Positions 58,344 through 64,000 of a stretch of 64,000 nt of DNA are shown piece by piece (positions within the stretch are counted from its first letter, which is position 1; each line of letters begins with the position of its first letter). Origin of the DNA: Pyrinomonadaceae bacterium. GTDB taxonomy: Bacteria > Acidobacteriota > Blastocatellia > Pyrinomonadales > Pyrinomonadaceae. The stretch spans positions 826,708 to 890,707 of the forward strand of contig CAVSTX010000004.1 of the NCBI GenBank assembly GCA_963730985.1, read 5' to 3'. Made by a program: the position numbers and the translations under genes. The notes under the pieces were generated by a model. That model did not search any database. It was not told the origin of the DNA and worked only from the letters and a program-made list of their open reading frames with translations.

Positions 58344-59756
58344 ATGTACATCCTGAGAATCGTTACCGTGCTGATGGCGGTCGTGGTCGTAACGAGCTGC
58401 AAGCCCGCGTTAACTAAAGATTTTCCGAGCGGTTGCGGTAATAGCAGCGTGGCCATTGTGGTAGAGCCTGCGCTGCTTGCTTCGATCCGAACCGGGCTTA
58501 GTCAGTTTGAAGCTGATCTGTGCACCGGCGGTTACAACACCGTGGAGCACACTACCGGCTTCGCGGACCCTTCGGCGCTTCGAACATACCTACAGGGACT
58601 CCATGGAGAGCCGAATCGTAATCTGGTTGGCGCAATTCTGATCGGTGATATACCCCACGCCTATCAGTGGGTCACCGCAAAGTCATCTAGCCCTGGCCAA
58701 GACACTAGTGAAGAGGCGATAAGCTTTCAGTACTTTGCCGATCTGAATGGGACGTTCGCGAAGTCTCCCACTTACACTTCTCCTGGTGGTCACGTCTATT
58801 CCTATGATCTTCACAGCGGCGACGTCGGGTGGGAGATTTGGGTCGGTGTACTGCCCCGTTACAAGGGCGATTTGGCGCAGACGACAGCCGCGATCAACCG
58901 TTACTTTTCCAAGAATCACAATTTCCGCACAAGGCAGCTCCTGCGCCCGAATGTTTTCCTGGAAATAAGTGAGCATTTCCACGCCACGACGCTGACAGAA
59001 CATAACACCGTCATGGCTGCCATGGGATCCGGAACTTACTCATGGACGCCCTATAGCAATGCCGCAGACGCGCGCCTTTATTTCGACAGTCCACCAGGAG
59101 GACTTACTGTAGATCAGGGTTACACTGACATGCAGAACGGTGTTGCGGATTTCACCGTAACCGGCACGCATGGCTTTTGGGGCGCAAGCGGTAAACTCAC
59201 TATAGCGGCGGTTGAAACCAATCCGGTACGGACATTATTTTTCTGGAGCGATGGTTGTGCTATCGGGGATTTGGACCACGCTGATAACTTCCTGACGTCG
59301 AGTCTCTACAGCCCGACTAGCGATGTCCTGATTGCCAAAGGGACCACCAACGATTCGGGCGGGATGGGAAACAATTCAAACGGATTTTTCGGACACAATA
59401 TTGCAACGGCCTTAGCTGCCAAAAAGGCATTCGGCAATGCCGTCCTCGATCACATCAATGTGCCGTTGATAGACCCATGGTCAGGCAGCCGCGAGTTTCA
59501 TTTCGGCACAGTAGTGTTCCTCGGAGATCCTACCTTGCGGCGGTCCAACGATTGGTGGGAGCAGAAGTCATATTCCCTGGATTGCGAATCAAGGCCGGAG
59601 CAAACAGTCTGCGTTAAATACGACGATGGGTATATTTGGCTTGTGAGAGATTCTATCAGTAGCTGGGAAAAGGTAGGTGCAGTCCAAACAGCGGTCGGTC
59701 TTACGGCTCGCTATGAGCACATCATCGGTACCAATTCGGTGAGAATAACTCACTAG
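58344..59756 (+). CDS. Lipoprotein with a gingipain-like (clan CD, C25-type) His/Cys arrangement
   Basis: The track ORF starts at 58170, but ATG 58344 follows AGGAGG (58331-58336) and gives the lipobox-like 'LMAVVVVTSC'. 'FTVTGTHGFWGAS' (His-Gly) lies about 30 aa before 'TLFFWSDGCAIGDL' (a beta-strand followed by Cys), as in the gingipain/caspase fold. The family call is an inference. Confidence 0.5.
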   Translation: MYILRIVTVLMAVVVVTSCKPALTKDFPSGCGNSSVAIVVEPALLASIRTGLSQFEADLCTGGYNTVEHTTGFADPSALRTYLQGLHGEPNRNLVGAILIGDIPHAYQWVTAKSSSPGQDTSEEAISFQYFADLNGTFAKSPTYTSPGGHVYSYDLHSGDVGWEIWVGVLPRYKGDLAQTTAAINRYFSKNHNFRTRQLLRPNVFLEISEHFHATTLTEHNTVMAAMGSGTYSWTPYSNAADARLYFDSPPGGLTVDQGYTDMQNGVADFTVTGTHGFWGASGKLTIAAVETNPVRTLFFWSDGCAIGDLDHADNFLTSSLYSPTSDVLIAKGTTNDSGGMGNNSNGFFGHNIATALAAKKAFGNAVLDHINVPLIDPWSGSREFHFGTVVFLGDPTLRRSNDWWEQKSYSLDCESRPEQTVCVKYDDGYIWLVRDSISSWEKVGAVQTAVGLTARYEHIIGTNSVRITH

Positions 59757-60117
59757 CCGCAATCTTGACCGGGCCTTAAGACGACTGGCCTTTCACTGCG
59801 CTTTTGTTGGCGCCTCGGTTGACCGCTGCTGACGAACTCAGAAGCCGTCTCCTGAGTTTGTTACTTTGGGTTCCTGCCCACAGTAACTTCGCATTGCAAA
59901 ATGCTTTGAGAAGGTCGCGTCCTACTTGGCACCAATTAGATCACGAACTTCGCCAATCAGAGTATCTTTCCCACCAACCAACCCCGAGCCTGATACGTCC
60001 ACACTTCCAGAGATGCTGCCGACCAAGGCTCGCGCATCGGCAAACCGGAAGATTGAGAGTACCAGCGGGATCACTCTCACCCGTCGGCATGGCTCGGCGG
60101 TCTGAGGCGGAGCCTCG

Positions 60118-63100
60118 CTAGCACTTCCTGCAGGTGTGGCTCACATCGCCGCAGGTCCCCGACTGGCACTGGGCGTCGCGGCTGCAGAGTTTATTGCACG
60201 ACAACTTGGCGCGACAACTGTTCTTGCCGATGCCGAGGGACCCTTTGTCGCAGAACTGGTCCGCCCCGCAGTCGGAATCGCGGCTGCACTGGGGGCGGCA
60301 GCTGTTCTTGCCGATGCCGAGAAACCCTTTGTGGCAGAACTGGTCCGCCCCGCAGTCGGAATCGCTTCTGCACTGGCAGGCCCCGTCAGAGTCGCAGCTG
60401 CCGCTGGCGCACTGCACGTCGCGACAGCAACTGCCTCCGATCGAAATACTCGCACTCCCTGAAATACACTTCCCGAACGGGGCTCCCTGGCATTGCAGAC
60501 CTGGGCCGCACTGCCTAGTCGCGCTACAGGCATCGCACGGACCCTTTAACGGAAAGCAGGAGTTTATTCCGAGTACGGGGTTGTGTTCACAATAGCTGCC
60601 GGCTCCGCAATCACTATCGACTCTACACTCGCAGATATCAGCTTTACACCTTCTTGTAGTGCATTGGCGATCTCGGCAACAAACTTCCCCCAAACCCTTC
60701 GACCCCGGAGTTGTGCATCTAAAACGTGTGCATTCTCTTGACTTACACTCAGAATTAAAAAAGCACCCTTCGCAATCGTCTTTTGTCCCAGACGCCTTGC
60801 AAACATTTCCACCTTTTTTCGACTTACAGAACTGGCCAGCGGGACAATCGCTGTCCGCCCCGCACTCGCACACCTTCTTCTTCCCGCACCTCCCTGACTG
60901 ACACTGTCCGTCGGTGCAGCACTGTTCATCGACGCTCCTCGCAAAGGGTGCGATGACACATGCGCCCGATACGCAGGTTGCTGGTAGCACGCATTGAAAA
61001 TCGTTTGTGCAGGCGTTGCACTCAGGAACGTCCCGTTGGGAAGGGCTTGAAGGGGGACAATTAATATCAGTCGCGCGGGCACACTTTGGAAGGTTCAAAG
61101 TCAATGCGAGATCGGTAATGACGGCGGAAATTTGGACCGCGTGGTTCGGACATCCTCCGAGGTGATGCAGCCCCACGACGAAGTTATCGTTCAATGCAAG
61201 CACTGGCGAGCCCGAAGAGCCGCCCTCAGTGTCGGCATAGTACCCAATATCTAACGGACTGTTCTGCGCCACTTCGGCATACCCGGATTGATCATGAGGA
61301 TCGGTTGAATCCACCGCAATACGTTTACCTTTTTTGGCAGGATGTTGTGGAATGAAGATCTTTTCATCTACCGATGCTCCATTCGTTCGTGCGCGCAGGT
61401 AGCCATATTTATTTGGGAGATTGATGAAGGTAGTGAGTGTCGGTTTCAGCAGGGCGTAGTCGAAAGTCAAGCTGTTCTTTACCAGTGTGGACGCATTTGC
61501 TTCCACCGTTCCCGGACAGGAGAGCGCGGCGGAGCAATTGTCATTACACCCACCCTCCGCGTTAAATTCTATATCCACATTCTGTGCATCTGCAGCGTTG
61601 GTAATGCAGTGTTGATTGGTAATGACGTGCCCTTCTGAACCGAAAAGCCAACCAGTGCAGCCAGACACCCCATTAATGAGGAGGCGTGCAACCGGGCGTC
61701 CTCGATCGTAAACCGCAGGTAGTGCGCTTTGGTAACACTGCGCGTTGCGTGAATCGTCAGGTACACAGATCGATTGCGTATTCTGATTTTTGTTCGAGGG
61801 GATCTGAAGTGCCTCCTCGGGAGTGTATCCGCGGGCATAGCGATCAATCTTAAAGCCATATGTTCGGCCCCGACTGGACCGGTGAAGTTCCACAATTGCG
61901 GTATCACCCGGGACATGCACCCCCCAAAATCCGTTCGGCGATCGACCCAGCCCTAATTTTCCATCGGTAACATACCTCCAACTTCGGTTCCCATTCGGCG
62001 ACCGAACCACAACATAATCACGGGGCTCAAGTGAAAATGCTGAGAAATGAGGCGCGATGTAGGTAGCACCGGCATGGTGAATGGTAAAACTTGTTACCTG
62101 TTCGCGGGGGGGCGAAATGCCACTGCCGTAGGGGTGTGAGCTTTCAAAAACAGTGAGGATCTCTTCCCCGACCCGATACGGACTCCGTGTACGGGGCTGG
62201 TTGAATCCGGGGTCGGTGTTATTCCCGGAGGACATCGTTGGCCCATCTATGATGACACTGCCCTGGATCAAGAAAGCGCCGATCTGAATGCCCGTTAGCG
62301 TTCGCTCTGTTTGGTAGACCCCGCCCTGCTTTACCTCACCGCGCCGAATAGTGATGTTCTGAACATCTCCGCCTCCAAGGGTCATGATATTCGGCGTGTG
62401 GTTCTTCAATTGAAGTGGTAGTGGTTCGCGAAGATCTGATAGGCCTTCGACGACAACTTTCAAAGTGGTCTGTTCGCCTCGCCGCAGCTCGTACTTTTGA
62501 GCCGACATGCTCAGTTTGAGGTTTCGGAATGGACGCTTTTGTACCTGCCCTTGTTCGCGGATTTCAACTTCCGTGGGTCCGACCACGGAGCTGTTATTGA
62601 GAAACACTGTCTTACGGGGACTTTCGGCGAGCAACATCATCTTTTGGTCGCCAACCTTGACATAATCATCGGCAGCGAACTTTCCATCAAAACTGCCATT
62701 GATCTCTGTCAGCCTGCCGACTTGCCCCTGAGGTGCCACGAGAAAACCGTTTGGAATGGAAGGTGGCAACGAACGGCACGGCCAGCCCTTCCGATGTGGA
62801 CCCCAGCGTACCCAGTAGTCACATCGTCCACTGGATGGGTCAATTACTTGCCGCATGTTGAGCTCGAATCTTCCACCCGTTGCGGGCACTTTCTGTCCGA
62901 CTATATCTATCGTCTGGTTGTTGAGCTCGAGCAGACTCGCAGCCTGGTCCGCGTCGGTTTTTCCGGCGCCCACAGCGAAAACTGTTCCCGAAACGGTGTC
63001 GCCGGCGGCAATGTCATCCGGCAAATTCACAAACACCTTGTTGCCTCGTTCGGTGGTGAAAATCACTCGATGCATTCCAGAAACATCTTCAGTTTCCGCT

Positions 63101-63303
63101 TGTACGGTGCCTTTGAGAGTGTCGGATTGTGAACTCTGGATTCTGCTCTCCACTCGAAAAACGGTAGGCGATATGCTTAAGGACATAAGCAACGCAATCG
63201 AGATGAGTATCAGAGTTAGTTTTCGAAATGTTGGAAATGGCTTTGCATGGGTGTGAGGTAACAATTCGGTACTTTTGCCTAATGAGGCGTGAGGGGTTTT
63301 CAT
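60118..63303 (-). CDS. Secreted multidomain trypsin-like (S1) serine peptidase with C-terminal Cys-rich repeats
   Basis: 1061 aa with an N-terminal TM/signal segment. The catalytic triad contexts are 'CTGWLFGSEGHVITNQHC' (His), 'FDYALLKP' (Asp) and 'TEGGSSGSPVLAL' (Ser). The C-terminal roughly 320 aa hold repeated 'C.C..DSDC.A.QFC' disulfide-rich modules. Confidence 0.8.
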   Translation of the reverse strand: MKTPHASLGKSTELLPHTHAKPFPTFRKLTLILISIALLMSLSISPTVFRVESRIQSSQSDTLKGTVQAETEDVSGMHRVIFTTERGNKVFVNLPDDIAAGDTVSGTVFAVGAGKTDADQAASLLELNNQTIDIVGQKVPATGGRFELNMRQVIDPSSGRCDYWVRWGPHRKGWPCRSLPPSIPNGFLVAPQGQVGRLTEINGSFDGKFAADDYVKVGDQKMMLLAESPRKTVFLNNSSVVGPTEVEIREQGQVQKRPFRNLKLSMSAQKYELRRGEQTTLKVVVEGLSDLREPLPLQLKNHTPNIMTLGGGDVQNITIRRGEVKQGGVYQTERTLTGIQIGAFLIQGSVIIDGPTMSSGNNTDPGFNQPRTRSPYRVGEEILTVFESSHPYGSGISPPREQVTSFTIHHAGATYIAPHFSAFSLEPRDYVVVRSPNGNRSWRYVTDGKLGLGRSPNGFWGVHVPGDTAIVELHRSSRGRTYGFKIDRYARGYTPEEALQIPSNKNQNTQSICVPDDSRNAQCYQSALPAVYDRGRPVARLLINGVSGCTGWLFGSEGHVITNQHCITNAADAQNVDIEFNAEGGCNDNCSAALSCPGTVEANASTLVKNSLTFDYALLKPTLTTFINLPNKYGYLRARTNGASVDEKIFIPQHPAKKGKRIAVDSTDPHDQSGYAEVAQNSPLDIGYYADTEGGSSGSPVLALNDNFVVGLHHLGGCPNHAVQISAVITDLALTLNLPKCARATDINCPPSSPSQRDVPECNACTNDFQCVLPATCVSGACVIAPFARSVDEQCCTDGQCQSGRCGKKKVCECGADSDCPAGQFCKSKKGGNVCKASGTKDDCEGCFFNSECKSRECTRFRCTTPGSKGLGEVCCRDRQCTTRRCKADICECRVDSDCGAGSYCEHNPVLGINSCFPLKGPCDACSATRQCGPGLQCQGAPFGKCISGSASISIGGSCCRDVQCASGSCDSDGACQCRSDSDCGADQFCHKGFLGIGKNSCRPQCSRDSDCGADQFCDKGSLGIGKNSCRAKLSCNKLCSRDAQCQSGTCGDVSHTCRKC
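60215..60382. repeat. Near-identical 84-nt tandem duplication (a 28-aa Cys-rich module)
   Basis: 60215-60298 and 60299-60382 differ at only a handful of positions. They encode 'SDSDCGADQFC[HD]KG[FS]LGIGKNSCR'. Confidence 0.85.
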
Positions 63304-63578
63304 GAGGCTCCTTTGAGGTTCGGAGGCTGAGGTTGGCGAGGAACGAGCGACTTATATCACAAGAGGGTAGAATAAAGAAGAAATGGACACGAACTTTACT
63401 TTAGAACGACCCTACTTTAGCGACACGACGCGTTCACCTGAAAGCTGACTAAGCGAACCTAAGCTGAGTGCTGACCAGTGATCCTGCCTTGACGACCAGT
63501 GACAACGAACCACCGACAACTAAGCACTGTCAATAGCGATGCCGTAGCGCTTACATGCGCCCAGATGATTCGGCTGCC

Positions 63579-63702
63579 GCCCGCTTCGCGGGCTTTCATT
63601 ATTTTCGCTGACGGGTCCTGGGGCTTACGCCCCAGGGCGGGGTCCCCAGCCGGGCATCCCGGCTGGGGTGCGAGACTTTACGCTGTCGTCCGCTCCGCGG
63701 AC
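63579..63702. repeat. Cluster of four GC-rich short hairpins (REP-like)
   Basis: The hairpins are gcccgc-ttc-gcgggc (63579-63593), cctggggc-ttac-gccccagg (63617-63636), ccccagccggg-cat-cccggctgggg (63644-63668) and gtccgc-tcc-gcggac (63688-63702). Confidence 0.8.
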
Positions 63703-63747
63703 TCTCAGTCGTTCGGGAGACCGAAATTCGACAGCAACCCGAAGTCG

Positions 63748-64000
63748 TTATTGCGCGAATGTTCCGGTTTGGACTGCACCGGCACGTTCGTAATTTACGA
63801 TGATGACGCCGCTCGAGCCGACAATGCTTTCCGTTACCTTGAACGCGGCCGGGATCGTGCCCCCGGCAAACAAACGCTTCCCCTCGCCCAAAGTTATCGG
63901 ATAGATCATCAACCAGAAATTATCGACCAGATCATGCTTCATAAGCGTCTGGAGGAGATTACCGCTTCCCCACATGTGCAGATCGGGTCCTTCCCCTTGC
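63748..64000 (-). CDS. Dihydrofolate reductase/RibD C-terminal domain family protein (partial, runs off the window)
   Basis: '[35 protein letters not shown]' is typical of this family. The reading frame stays open upstream of the listed Met to position 64000. Confidence 0.7.
   Translation of the reverse strand, partial: QGEGPDLHMWGSGNLLQTLMKHDLVDNFWLMIYPITLGEGKRLFAGGTIPAAFKVTESIVGSSGVIIVNYERAGAVQTGTFAQ

Noticed and set aside
59804-60121. A 105-aa ORF between the convergent C25-like and S1 protease genes.
   Set aside because: It is Arg/Leu/Ser/Pro-rich with no RBS or motif, and it runs into the 3' end of the opposite-strand gene. It is probably non-coding.
60134-61082. Several overlapping ORFs in both orientations within the Cys-rich repeat region.
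   Set aside because: They are alternative frames of the repetitive, GC-rich Cys-module DNA. The 1061-aa frame has the coherent domain architecture.
1-64000. tRNA, rRNA, tmRNA, prophage or integrase genes.
   Set aside because: I scanned the larger intergenic regions (40.1-40.5, 45.3-45.5, 50.1-50.4, 57.4-58.3, 59.8-60.1 and 63.3-63.7 kb) by eye. I saw no cloverleaf-like acceptor/T-arm pattern and no phage-type genes. A proper tRNAscan or Infernal run would be needed to be sure.

Overview
This is a 64-kb bacterial chromosomal window of mid GC content. Gene content and repeat style suggest a soil Acidobacteriota-like organism, but that is a guess I cannot verify. No rRNA, tRNA or CRISPR array was recognised. 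The window falls into three blocks.

(1) 0.1-34 kb is a single-direction (+) surface-polysaccharide (EPS/O-antigen-type) locus. It holds many GT2, GT4, GT8-like and GT11-like glycosyltransferases, four FkbM-type methyltransferases plus one other, and two AsnB-type amidotransferases. It also holds a NodU/CmcH carbamoyltransferase, Gmd, a UDP-glucuronate decarboxylase, a WecA/WbpL-type initiating transferase, two Wzy/O-antigen-ligase-like proteins and TPR proteins. It ends with an HPr-kinase-like kinase next to an uncharacterised-type nucleotidyltransferase. Six of the seven genes between 6.8 and 14.6 kb are broken by single-nucleotide frameshifts.

(2) 34-49 kb is housekeeping: tsaB-rimI, a DUF465 gene, psd-pssA, a BamB-like propeller, guaA, dnaE-accA, ssb, miaB, a bifunctional nuclease and parA-parB.

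(3) 49-64 kb is an accessory, repeat-rich region dominated by peptidases. The most interesting candidate is a four-gene cassette at 50.4-52.8 kb. It encodes a leaderless papain-like protease, a free-standing copy of that protease's extra C-terminal domain, a disordered protein with five copies of a short motif, and a leaderless chagasin-type (I42) cysteine-protease inhibitor. Nearby are a frameshifted LGFP-repeat secreted protein, a WD40 protein flanked by direct repeats and a transposase remnant, a gingipain-like (clan CD) lipoprotein, and a 1061-aa trypsin-like protease with Cys-rich repeats.

Tandem heptanucleotide arrays recur through the window, including one inside the carbamoyltransferase coding sequence. 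All functional calls rest on motifs I recognise by eye in the ORF translations. No database search was run.
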